DNA from: an uncultured Bacteroidales bacterium
GTDB lineage: Bacteria > Bacteroidota > Bacteroidia > Bacteroidales > Muribaculaceae
NCBI GenBank assembly: GCA_949285735.1
Contig: CASEAQ010000021.1
Location: forward strand, 5,737-69,736
DNA length: 64,000 nt
Direction of reading: 5' to 3'
Within the stretch, counting starts at the first letter, position 1; every line of letters begins with the position of its first letter. Made by a program: the position numbers and the translations under genes. A model generated the notes under the pieces. The model searched no databases. It worked only from the letters and a program-made list of their open reading frames with translations, and was not told the origin of the DNA. This document shows positions 9,354 to 18,273 of the stretch, one piece after another.

Positions 9354-10007
9354 TTGCAATCAATCGGCAACGTGCCTATACTCGCAATACGCCCAAACCC
9401 GCTTAGCCGAACCATCAACCGCATAATCAAGCGCATATTCGACTTCCTGTTTTCGTCGTGTGCACTCGTTATTCTCGCACCGATTGTATTCCTGCCCATC
9501 GCGATAGGCGTAAAGCTCGCATCTCCAGGACCAGTGTTCTTCAAGCAAAAGCGCACAGGCTACCGTGGCAAGGATTTCACGTGCTACAAGTTCCGCACCA
9601 TGAAAGTCAACAACCAAAGCGACAGCTTGCAGGCATCGAAGAACGACCCACGCAAGACACACTTCGGCGACTTCCTGAGACGGACAAGCCTCGACGAACT
9701 GCCTCAATTCTTCAACGTGTGGCGCGGCGACATGTCGATTGTCGGTCCTCGCCCTCACATGCTCAAGCACACCAAGGACTACAGTGCGCTCATCGACAAG
9801 TATATGGTGCGCCACACCATCAAGCCGGGCATAACAGGCTGGGCACAGGTGAACGGCTACCGCGGAGAGACGCGCGAACTTTGGCAGATGGAAAAACGTG
9901 TGGAATATGACGTGTGGTATGCCGAGAACTGGAACCTTATGCTCGACTTCAAAATCATATTCCTGACTATCCGAAACGCAATAAGAGGCGAAAAAAATGC
10001 ATTCTGA
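9354..10007 (+). CDS. bacterial sugar transferase catalytic domain (polyprenyl-phosphate hexose-1-phosphate transferase), C-terminal fragment
   Basis: Membrane helix FDFLFSSCALVILAPIVFLPIAIGV, then PGPVFFKQKRTG, KFRTM, DELPQFFNVWRGDMSIVGPRP. The frame is open from 9327, and the only available starts are TTG (9354) and GTG. Confidence 0.75.
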   Translation: MQSIGNVPILAIRPNPLSRTINRIIKRIFDFLFSSCALVILAPIVFLPIAIGVKLASPGPVFFKQKRTGYRGKDFTCYKFRTMKVNNQSDSLQASKNDPRKTHFGDFLRRTSLDELPQFFNVWRGDMSIVGPRPHMLKHTKDYSALIDKYMVRHTIKPGITGWAQVNGYRGETRELWQMEKRVEYDVWYAENWNLMLDFKIIFLTIRNAIRGEKNAF

Positions 10008-11874
10008 CGCAACTATCCGGCAACAAAACAGCGACTTGACTTCACGCGCCCTCGGAGTGCTGCACCGCTTTTACGGCTATAATTCTTTCTATCCCTTGCA
10101 ATTCGAGGCTATACAATGTGTTATGCAAGGAAACGATGCCGTGGTGCTTATGCCTACGGGGGGCGGCAAGTCGCTTTGTTTCCAAATTCCCGCTCTGCTC
10201 TCCGATGGTTGCACGATAGTCATCTCGCCACTGCTCGCCCTCATGAAAGACCAGGTTGACAACCTGCAAGGCATGGGCATACCGGCGGCATCGGTCAACA
10301 GCTCACAATCCGACTCATTCAACCGTGAAGTAATCGAGCAAGTGTATGCCGGACGCATAAAATTGTTGTATATCTCTCCCGAACGCCTGCTTGCCGAAAT
10401 CGACCAATGGTCGAGCATGATAAAAATAAGCCTCTTCGCTATCGACGAGGCACACTGCATCTCGCAATGGGGGCACGACTTCAGACCCGAATACACCCAA
10501 CTCGCCACGTTGCGCCAGCGGTTCCCCGGCGTGCCAATAATGGCACTCACTGCCACTGCCGACCGACTCACACGTGACGACATTGCCCGACAGCTCGACA
10601 TTCCCAATGCCAAGTTGTTCATGACTTCGTTCGACCGCCCCAATATCACGCTCAACGTGGCAGGCAACGTGAGCGGCAACGACAAGATGAAGATGATAAC
10701 CCGCTTCATCGACTCCCACAGCGGCGAAAGCGGCATAATATACAGCCTGCGGCGCACCGACACCGAGAAAATGGCTACACGGCTGCGCTCACTTGGCTAC
10801 AACGCCGCCGCATTCCATGCCGGAATGCCCACGAGGGAGAAGGAAGCCGTGCAGGCTGCGTTCCTTAACGACGAGATTCCAATCATCTGCGCCACCATAG
10901 CATTTGGCATGGGTATCAACAAGAGCAACGTGCGTTGGGTGATACACAGCAATATGCCAAAAAGCATCGAATGCTACTACCAGGAAATAGGCAGGGCTGG
11001 CCGCGACGGAATGCCGGCAACGGCACTGATGTTCTATTCGTTTGCCGATGTCATAGCACTCCGCAGCTTCGCACAAGAATCGGGACAATCGTCGATGAAC
11101 ATGAACAAGCTGAAGCGTATGCAACAATATGCCGAGAGCGACGTGTGCCGCCGGCGCACCCTGCTCAGCTACTTCAACGAGCGGTATGACCACGATTGCG
11201 GCAACTGCGACGTGTGCCTCAACCCTCCCGAGCGTTTCGATGCCACAGTCTGGTGCCAGATGGCTCTGAGTGCAATTGTGCGCACCAACGGGAGCGAGGG
11301 CATAACTGCCATTATCGACATCTTGCGAGGCTCGGCACGCACCGACATCGTCGCCAAGGGGTATGACAAGTTGCGCACCTACGGCGTTGGGCGCAATGTC
11401 AGCTTCGCCGCATGGAATGCCTACCTGCTGCAAATGCTGCATCTCGGCATCATCGACGTGGCATACGACGACTACAACCACCTGCGCGTCACACCCTATG
11501 GCTGGGAGATACTGAAAGGCTCGCGGCAAGTAATGATGTCGCGCTTCATGCCTCGCGAGCACGCCGCTGCCACTCCCAAGAACAAAGCTCCGCGGCAAGC
11601 CACGCTGCAAGGCACATTGCAAGATATGCCTCCAGCCGACAAGGCACTGTTTGAACTGCTCAAAAAGACCCGCCTCGAAATTGCACGGGCACACAAAGTG
11701 GCACCCTACATCGTGTTCAGCGACCGCGTCCTCGACGTTATTGCCAGCCAGTGCCCCACCACCCGCGAAGAGTTTGCATCGCTCTACGGCGTTGGCGAGA
11801 AAAAGACCGAAATGTATTGGCGTCCATTCACCAACACCGTAAAAAACTATCTCGCCGAAAAATCCAGCAAATAA
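9997..11874 (+). CDS. recQ: ATP-dependent DNA helicase RecQ
   Basis: Helicase motifs MPTGGGKS and DEAHCISQWGHDFR, RecQ-Ct zinc cluster CRR..LL.YF...C..CD.C, and a C-terminal HRDC domain (LFELLKKTRLEIARAHKVAPYIVFSDRVL). Confidence 0.95.
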   Translation: MHSDATIRQQNSDLTSRALGVLHRFYGYNSFYPLQFEAIQCVMQGNDAVVLMPTGGGKSLCFQIPALLSDGCTIVISPLLALMKDQVDNLQGMGIPAASVNSSQSDSFNREVIEQVYAGRIKLLYISPERLLAEIDQWSSMIKISLFAIDEAHCISQWGHDFRPEYTQLATLRQRFPGVPIMALTATADRLTRDDIARQLDIPNAKLFMTSFDRPNITLNVAGNVSGNDKMKMITRFIDSHSGESGIIYSLRRTDTEKMATRLRSLGYNAAAFHAGMPTREKEAVQAAFLNDEIPIICATIAFGMGINKSNVRWVIHSNMPKSIECYYQEIGRAGRDGMPATALMFYSFADVIALRSFAQESGQSSMNMNKLKRMQQYAESDVCRRRTLLSYFNERYDHDCGNCDVCLNPPERFDATVWCQMALSAIVRTNGSEGITAIIDILRGSARTDIVAKGYDKLRTYGVGRNVSFAAWNAYLLQMLHLGIIDVAYDDYNHLRVTPYGWEILKGSRQVMMSRFMPREHAAATPKNKAPRQATLQGTLQDMPPADKALFELLKKTRLEIARAHKVAPYIVFSDRVLDVIASQCPTTREEFASLYGVGEKKTEMYWRPFTNTVKNYLAEKSSK

Positions 11875-11909
11875 TCCCCAAAAGGAGTAACAACACACCG
11901 TGATACAAC

Positions 11910-11953
11910 CAGGAAGCCGCAAGCTGCTCCAATTAGCAACCTGCGGCTTCCTG
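11910..11953. terminator. bidirectional terminator hairpin between convergent recQ and lpxA
   Basis: Perfect 12-bp stem CAGGAAGCCGCA (11910-11921) / TGCGGCTTCCTG (11942-11953) with a 20-nt loop. Confidence 0.6.
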
Positions 11954-12004
11954 TGTAATATCCAGCACCCCGCCAAGCGGTAAGTGCGAAACGCCTTTCT
12001 TCAA

Positions 12005-12781
12005 TTATACATATCCACGAATGATACCACGCTTTGAATTGCGCACGAAGAGGATTATCTCGTCGCGCTCCTTCGTTGCTGGCAATTCAGCCTCGATGCG
12101 CTCAATGGCATCGGTATTGTTCATTCCTGACAAATAAAGATACCTGAATATCTCCTGAATGTCGCGTATCTGTTCGTTGCTGAAACCGCGACGGCGCAAG
12201 CCTATCGAGTTTATACCGGCATATGAAATTGGGTTACGTCCGGCCTTCACATACGGCGGAATATCCTTGTTGACCAGTGCTCCACCCTGAAGCATCACGT
12301 GCTGGCCTATGTGTGAGAATTGGTGTATCAACGCTCCGCCTCCTATTACGGCATAATTGTCTATCACCACTTCTCCTGCCACTTGCACAGAGTTCGACAT
12401 TATCACATTGTCGCCTATCACACAGTCGTGAGCCACATGGCAATAAGCCATGATGAGGCAATTGCTGCCCACCACAGTTTTCCCCTTGGATGCAGTGCCG
12501 CGATTCACCGTGGCACATTCCCTGATTGTCGTGTTGTCTCCTATGATGGCAACGGTCTCTTCGCCGCGGAACTTCAAGTCTTGCGGAACTCCCGATATAA
12601 CCGCACCAGAGCATATCGTGCAATTTTTGCCGATGCGTGCACCTTCAAGTATGGTCACGTTGCTACCAATGCGTGTTCCTTCACCTATCTCCACGTTCTG
12701 GTCGATAGTAACAAACGGATCTATCACCACATTATTGGCAATTTTTGCTGCCGGATGAACGTAGGCTAATGGTTGTTTCAT
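12005..12781 (-). CDS. lpxA: acyl-ACP--UDP-N-acetylglucosamine O-acyltransferase
   Basis: Left-handed beta-helix hexapeptide repeats, an LpxA-type C-terminal helical domain, and a position downstream of lpxC-fabZ. Confidence 0.93.
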   Translation of the reverse strand: MKQPLAYVHPAAKIANNVVIDPFVTIDQNVEIGEGTRIGSNVTILEGARIGKNCTICSGAVISGVPQDLKFRGEETVAIIGDNTTIRECATVNRGTASKGKTVVGSNCLIMAYCHVAHDCVIGDNVIMSNSVQVAGEVVIDNYAVIGGGALIHQFSHIGQHVMLQGGALVNKDIPPYVKAGRNPISYAGINSIGLRRRGFSNEQIRDIQEIFRYLYLSGMNNTDAIERIEAELPATKERDEIILFVRNSKRGIIRGYV

Positions 12782-12812
12782 ATTCTACTTCGTGTTATGT
12801 ATATAAAGTTGA

Positions 12813-14195
12813 TTATTTGTTCTTTGTGATTTGCGCCATGAACTCGGCTTCGCTCACGATTTTCTCCCCTACGAAAGCATACCCCTTCATCACTGCACAA
12901 CCTCGACGTATCTCAGTGAGCAACGACAAGTGGAAGATAAGCGTATCGCCCGGTACAACCTTTTGACGGAATTTTACGTTATCTATTTTCAAGAAATAAG
13001 TGGAATACTTTTCAGGCTCGTCAACCATGTTCAACACGAGCAAGCCGCCCACCTGAGCCATTGCCTCGACTTGCAAAACGCCCGGCATGATTGGCTCTTG
13101 CGGGAAGTGACCTTGAAAGAACGGCTCGTTGCCCGACACATTCTTCACTCCCACTATATAATTGGTGCCAATTTCTATAATCTTGTCAACGAGCAAGAAT
13201 GGATAACGGTGTGGCAACAACTGGCGAATGCGGTTCACGTCCATCACTGGTGCGACGTTGGGATTGTAAACTGGTGCTTGCAATTCCTGATGCTTGATTT
13301 CGCGGCGCACCTTTTTCGAGAAAGTTGTGTTGATTGAATGCCCTGGCTTGGTGGCAATCACATACCCTTTAATTGGACGGCCTATCAAGGCAAGGTCACC
13401 AAGGACGTCCATCAGCTTGTGACGCGCAGGCTCATTCTCATACGCCAGCGGAATGTTGCTTATGTAGCCAAGCTCACTCACGTGCTTGTGAGGCACACCC
13501 ATCAAGTCGGCGAGCTTGTCGAGGTAGTCTTGCTCCATCGGTTGGTCGTAAACCACCAATGCGTTGTCAAGGTCGCCTCCCTTAATCAAGTTGGCTTTCA
13601 CCAATGGCTCCACCTCCCTGACAAACACAAATGTGCGGCTTGCAGCAATGTCGTCCTTGAAACGCTTCAAGCTGCTGAGCGATGCAAACTGGTTGGGGAT
13701 TATGGGCGACTTGAACTCTATCATCACGTCGATGCGGAAGCTGTCGAAAGGCAACACCACAATCGATGCACCGGTTTCCTCATCAACCACTTCGAGTTTC
13801 TGCTTTACGATATAGAAATCCTTGTCTTCGTTCTGCTCTTCGATGCCTACCTCCTCGATATTCCTGGCATATTCGATTGCGCTGCCGTCGAGTATGGGCA
13901 ACTCGGGGGCGTTTACCTCGATAAGGCAGTTGTCAACACCTGCCGCATACAAGGCTGCGAGAGCATGCTCTACAGTGCTCACCTTCACATTGCCCTTGCC
14001 GATTACAGTGCCGCGAGTGGTCTCCACCACATTCTCTGCCAATGCATCGACAACAGGACTGCCCTCGATATCTACGCGCTGAAACTTGTACCCGTGGTTA
14101 ACAGGTGCCGGCTTGAAGGTGGCTTGGATTGTCATGCCAGTGTGAAGCCCTTTTCCATTAACTGTAAATTCCTTCTTTAATGTACATTGTTTCAT
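12813..14195 (-). CDS. lpxC-fabZ: bifunctional UDP-3-O-acyl-GlcNAc deacetylase / 3-hydroxyacyl-ACP dehydratase
   Basis: The N-terminal LpxC domain (GKGLHTG..., HALAAL) is fused to a FabZ hot-dog domain (LPHRYPFLLVDKI, GHFP..PIMPGVL). This fusion is typical of Bacteroidota. Confidence 0.95.
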   Translation of the reverse strand: MKQCTLKKEFTVNGKGLHTGMTIQATFKPAPVNHGYKFQRVDIEGSPVVDALAENVVETTRGTVIGKGNVKVSTVEHALAALYAAGVDNCLIEVNAPELPILDGSAIEYARNIEEVGIEEQNEDKDFYIVKQKLEVVDEETGASIVVLPFDSFRIDVMIEFKSPIIPNQFASLSSLKRFKDDIAASRTFVFVREVEPLVKANLIKGGDLDNALVVYDQPMEQDYLDKLADLMGVPHKHVSELGYISNIPLAYENEPARHKLMDVLGDLALIGRPIKGYVIATKPGHSINTTFSKKVRREIKHQELQAPVYNPNVAPVMDVNRIRQLLPHRYPFLLVDKIIEIGTNYIVGVKNVSGNEPFFQGHFPQEPIMPGVLQVEAMAQVGGLLVLNMVDEPEKYSTYFLKIDNVKFRQKVVPGDTLIFHLSLLTEIRRGCAVMKGYAFVGEKIVSEAEFMAQITKNK

Positions 14196-14249
14196 AAAAT
14201 TATATGTTTCTTGTGTTATAGATTCTTTGTTTATTGTAAACTCTGTTTC

Positions 14250-15278
14250 TTACTTCTTGTCCTCTGTCAACGACTTTTTGATTGCTGCCACATCTTTAAA
14301 CAGCTCGGGGAGACGCTTCATGTAAACAGTCTGGCGGGCAAAGTCCATCGCGTTCACCACCGGGCTGCCTATCACCGAACAATTGTCGCCGATGCTGTTT
14401 GGCACTCCCGACTGCGCCCCAAACTTATTGTTGTCGCCCACCTTGATATGGCCGGCAAATCCCACTTGGCCGCCAACCATGTTGTGCGCCCCGATTTTTG
14501 CCGACCCAGCCACACCCACTTGTGCAGCCATCACCGTGTGCTCTCCTATCTCCACATTGTGGGCAATCTGTATCAGGTTGTCGAGCTTCACACCCTTGTG
14601 TATCACGGTGCTGCCCATCGTGGCACGGTCGATTGTGGTGTTCGACCCTATCTCCACATTGTCGCATATCACCACATTGCCTATCTGTGCTATCTTCATA
14701 TACTCGCCATTCTCGGGGGCGAATCCAAATCCGTCGCCGCCTACCACTGCTCCGGCGTGTATCACGCAGTTGCAGCCTATCACACAACTATGGTAAACCT
14801 TTACTCCGGGATATATGATTGTGTTGTCGCCTATCGACACATTGTCGCCTATGTAACACTGCGGATAGATGCTCACGCCCTTGCCTATTTTCACGTTCTT
14901 GCCGATGTAGGCAAATGCGCCCACATAGACGTCGTCGGGCAACGATACGCCTTCCGACACGTAACACGGTTGTTCTACACCCCGCTTCCTTTCCTGCTGG
15001 CTTGATATGTAGTTGAGCAGCATTGCAAGTGTCGCATAAGGGTCTTCGACACGCACCATAGTGGCGGCAATGGCATGTTCCGGCACAAAATCATTCCTCA
15101 CCAATACTGCCGAGGCTTCGGTTGTGTATATAAAATGTGTATATAACGGATTGGCCAAGAAAGTCACACACCCCTTTTTTGCTTCCTCTATCTTGGCAAA
15201 ATTATTAATGACAACATCGGCATCACCTTCAACAGTTCCACCGACCAATTCTGCCAATTTACCTGCGGTTATCTCCAT
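14250..15278 (-). CDS. lpxD: UDP-3-O-(3-hydroxyacyl)glucosamine N-acyltransferase
   Basis: LpxD N-terminal domain followed by a long hexapeptide-repeat beta-helix. It is the first gene of the lpxD/lpxC-fabZ/lpxA operon. Confidence 0.93.
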   Translation of the reverse strand: MEITAGKLAELVGGTVEGDADVVINNFAKIEEAKKGCVTFLANPLYTHFIYTTEASAVLVRNDFVPEHAIAATMVRVEDPYATLAMLLNYISSQQERKRGVEQPCYVSEGVSLPDDVYVGAFAYIGKNVKIGKGVSIYPQCYIGDNVSIGDNTIIYPGVKVYHSCVIGCNCVIHAGAVVGGDGFGFAPENGEYMKIAQIGNVVICDNVEIGSNTTIDRATMGSTVIHKGVKLDNLIQIAHNVEIGEHTVMAAQVGVAGSAKIGAHNMVGGQVGFAGHIKVGDNNKFGAQSGVPNSIGDNCSVIGSPVVNAMDFARQTVYMKRLPELFKDVAAIKKSLTEDKK

Positions 15279-15516
15279 AGAAAGATATTAGTTGTATATG
15301 AAAATTTAAATTAATGTGCAAAGTTGCAAAAAATTACCTGTATCGCCAAGCAATTACCCCAAATTATATTTGCAACGCCATATTTCTCACACATTTCATA
15401 TTCCTGCCATCACCAATTCAAGCCCTTGAACCCGTGTCAATCACAGTTGCCGCCACCCTTGCAAAAAATGCATGCACGCCACACTGCCTATTTTTCCTTA
15501 TCTCACATTTTTATAG

Positions 15517-15524
15517 TACCTTTG
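15517..15524 (+). promoter_or_regulatory. -7 promoter box TACCTTTG
   Basis: Exact TAnnTTTG match ending only 4 nt before the ATG at 15529, which implies a leaderless or near-leaderless mRNA. Confidence 0.5.
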
Positions 15525-15528
15525 CGGC

Positions 15529-17412
15529 ATGGAAACACTGAAGCATGAGTGCGGTGTGGCAATGATTAGGTTGCGCAAGCCGCTTGAATATTATAAGGAG
15601 AAGTACGGAACTTGTTTCTATGGTTTGAACAAGTTGTACTTGCTCATGGAAAAACAGCACAATCGCGGTCAAGAGGGCGCCGGGCTGGGCTGCATACAGC
15701 TCAATTCCCTGCCTGGCAATGAATATATTTTCAGGGAACGAGCATTGGGTGCATCGGCGATACAAGAAATTTTCGACAACGTGAAAAGCAGCATAAAGGT
15801 TGCAAAAGAAACCATCAACCGTGAAGAAGAGTTGCCATTTGTCGGAGAAGTGTATATGGGCCACCTGCGGTACAGCACAACTGGAAAGTCGGGCTTGTCC
15901 TACGTCCACCCATTCTTGCGCCGCAACAACTGGCGCGCACGCAACTTGCTGCTTTGCGGCAACTTCAACATGACCAACGTCGATGAGATTTTCAACTCTA
16001 TAGTGAGCGAGGGCCAGCACCCGAAGATTTATGCCGACACCGTGCTTATACTCGAACAACTGGGCAGCCGCCTCGACAACGAGCAGCAACGCCTGTACCA
16101 CAAATACAGCGCCGAGGGCTTCGGCGGCAGGGAACTGACAAGGCAGATTGAAGCCAACATCTCGATTCCCAACATCATCACCGAGCCGGCACAGCTGTGG
16201 GATGGCGGATTCGTGATTTGCGGCGCAATCGGCAGCGGCGACATGTTTGCCCTGCGCGACCCATACGGCATAAGGCCGGCATTCTACTACTACGACGACG
16301 AAATCGTGGTAATCGCCTCGGAACGCCCCGTGATACAGACCACCATGCACCTCGACATCGACCAGGTGAAAGAACTGACACCCGGCTCGGCAATCATCGT
16401 CAACCAAAGGGGCGACGTGACCGTGCGCGACATACTCGGCGAACGTGGCAACCAGCGTTGCTCGTTTGAGCGCATATACTTCTCGCGCGGAAGCGATGCC
16501 GACATCTACACCGAGCGCAAAGCTCTCGGACGCGAAATAGCCCCCGCCATCTTGAAAGCCGTTGACAACGACCTTGAGAACACCGTCTTGTCGTTTATCC
16601 CCAACACGGCAGAAGTGGCATATATCGGACTTATGGAAGGGCTCGAACACTACTTTAAAGCACAGGTGGCTGAGAAAATAGTTGAACTCGACCACAACCA
16701 GCCCGACTACAAGGAGAAACTTGTGGCTCTGCTCGATGCCAAGCACCTGCGTTGCGAAAAAATCGCCATAAAGGACATAAAGTTGCGCACATTCATCACC
16801 GAGGGCAACAGTCGCGACGACCTTGCAGCACACGTCTATGACGTAACATACGGGCAAGTGCAAAAGGGCATCGACAACCTCGTAGTAATCGACGACAGTA
16901 TCGTGCGCGGCACCACACTGAAGCAATCAATCATCGGCATTCTCGACCGCCTGCATCCACGGCGCATCATCATCGTGTCGTCGTCGCCGCAAGTGCGCTA
17001 CCCCGACTACTACGGTATCGACATGTCGCGCATGAGCGAGTTTGCAGCGTTCAGGGCTGCCATCAGGCTGCTAAAGAAGCGCGGCTTGCAAAGCATCATC
17101 GACGATGTGTATGCCAAGTGCAAGGCACAACAGCATTTACCAAAGGAGCAAGTGGTGAATTACGTCAACGGAATATATGCCCCGTTCACCGATGAAGAAA
17201 TTTCTGCTGAAATAGCCGAAATGCTCACTCCGGTTGGCACCAAAGCCGAAGTAAAAATCATCTACCAGACCATCGATGGGCTGCACAAGTCAATTCCCAA
17301 CCACCCCGGCGACTGGTACTTCTCGGGCAATTACCCCACTCCTGGCGGAAACCGCATGGTGAACCTCGCCTTCATCAACTACTACGAGGGCAACCCCGAC
17401 CGCCGCAACTAA
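15529..17412 (+). CDS. purF: amidophosphoribosyltransferase (long class II glutamine amidotransferase form)
   Basis: Ntn-type N-terminus METLKHE-CGV, a glutamine amidotransferase class II domain, and a PRTase motif VVIDDSIVRGTT. Confidence 0.85.
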   Translation: METLKHECGVAMIRLRKPLEYYKEKYGTCFYGLNKLYLLMEKQHNRGQEGAGLGCIQLNSLPGNEYIFRERALGASAIQEIFDNVKSSIKVAKETINREEELPFVGEVYMGHLRYSTTGKSGLSYVHPFLRRNNWRARNLLLCGNFNMTNVDEIFNSIVSEGQHPKIYADTVLILEQLGSRLDNEQQRLYHKYSAEGFGGRELTRQIEANISIPNIITEPAQLWDGGFVICGAIGSGDMFALRDPYGIRPAFYYYDDEIVVIASERPVIQTTMHLDIDQVKELTPGSAIIVNQRGDVTVRDILGERGNQRCSFERIYFSRGSDADIYTERKALGREIAPAILKAVDNDLENTVLSFIPNTAEVAYIGLMEGLEHYFKAQVAEKIVELDHNQPDYKEKLVALLDAKHLRCEKIAIKDIKLRTFITEGNSRDDLAAHVYDVTYGQVQKGIDNLVVIDDSIVRGTTLKQSIIGILDRLHPRRIIIVSSSPQVRYPDYYGIDMSRMSEFAAFRAAIRLLKKRGLQSIIDDVYAKCKAQQHLPKEQVVNYVNGIYAPFTDEEISAEIAEMLTPVGTKAEVKIIYQTIDGLHKSIPNHPGDWYFSGNYPTPGGNRMVNLAFINYYEGNPDRRN

Positions 17413-17437
17413 GGATTCTAAGAATACTATATCATAA

Positions 17438-17475
17438 AAAGGACGCACAGCTGCTGGTTCGTGCGTCCTTTATTG
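17438..17475 (+). terminator. rho-independent terminator of the purF-like gene
   Basis: Stem AAAGGACGCAC / GTGCGTCCTTT (17438-17448 / 17461-17471) followed by TATT. Confidence 0.7.
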
Positions 17476-17507
17476 CACTTAACAACTACTAATACACACC
17501 CCTTTTA

Positions 17508-18206
17508 ATGGAAAAGACAAAAGCTGTATTCAACTGGAGCGGCGGCAAAGACTCAGCCCACGCCTTGCTTAGGGCGATGGAGTCGGGAGAATTTGATATA
17601 GTATCGCTGCTGACAACGATAAATGCCGAAACTCACCAATCGACAATGCACGACATTCCACTCAATATCCTCAAGCAGCAAGCTGCGGCAATCGGGATTC
17701 CGCTACACGTTGTCGCGCTGACGCCATCGGGCAACATTGACGACTACTCTGCCGCAATGGCTCGTGCCGTCGCCCATTTCAAGGCAATAGGTGTCACCCA
17801 CTTCATCTTCGGCGACATATTCCTGCACGATGTGCGCTCCTACCGCGAACAGCACCTCAGCCCACTTGGCATAGAGGTAGTAGAACCCTTGTGGGGCAAA
17901 ACGTCAGCCGAGGTGATAACCGACTTCCTCGCATCGGGCTTAAAAGCTACCGTTGTCACCACCAACGAGTACCTTGGCTACGCCATAGGCAAAAGCATCG
18001 ACAAGGATTTCATAGCCTCACTGCCACCCGACGTTGACCCCAACGGCGAGAATGGAGAATACCACACACTATGCTACGACGGCCCCATATTCAAGCACCC
18101 AGTCACCTTCAGCCTCGGCAAAGCCCGCTCACGCAGCTACGACGTTGGGCTGAGCGACGGCACAACGCAAACTTTCACCTATTGGTTTGCCCAAATAAAC
18201 GAATAA
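17508..18206 (+). CDS. Dph6-related ATP pyrophosphatase (MJ0570 / diphthamide-synthase-2 family, PP-loop)
   Basis: PP-loop NWSGGKDS at the N-terminus and a conserved GENGEYHT motif; 232 aa. Confidence 0.8.
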   Translation: MEKTKAVFNWSGGKDSAHALLRAMESGEFDIVSLLTTINAETHQSTMHDIPLNILKQQAAAIGIPLHVVALTPSGNIDDYSAAMARAVAHFKAIGVTHFIFGDIFLHDVRSYREQHLSPLGIEVVEPLWGKTSAEVITDFLASGLKATVVTTNEYLGYAIGKSIDKDFIASLPPDVDPNGENGEYHTLCYDGPIFKHPVTFSLGKARSRSYDVGLSDGTTQTFTYWFAQINE

Positions 18207-18210
18207 TAAA

Positions 18211-18253
18211 AGAACAGCAGCACACCTCCATTGACGGAAGTTGCTGCTGTTCT
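18211..18253. terminator. bidirectional terminator hairpin between convergent genes
   Basis: Perfect 12-bp stem AGAACAGCAGCA (18211-18222) / TGCTGCTGTTCT (18242-18253). Confidence 0.65.
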
Positions 18254-18273
18254 CTTGATGCTTAAATTAAAAA

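Noticed and set aside
12813-14195. The lpxC-fabZ gene fusion as a novelty.
   Set aside because: This is a well-known feature of Bacteroidota lipid A loci. It is useful as a taxonomic marker only.
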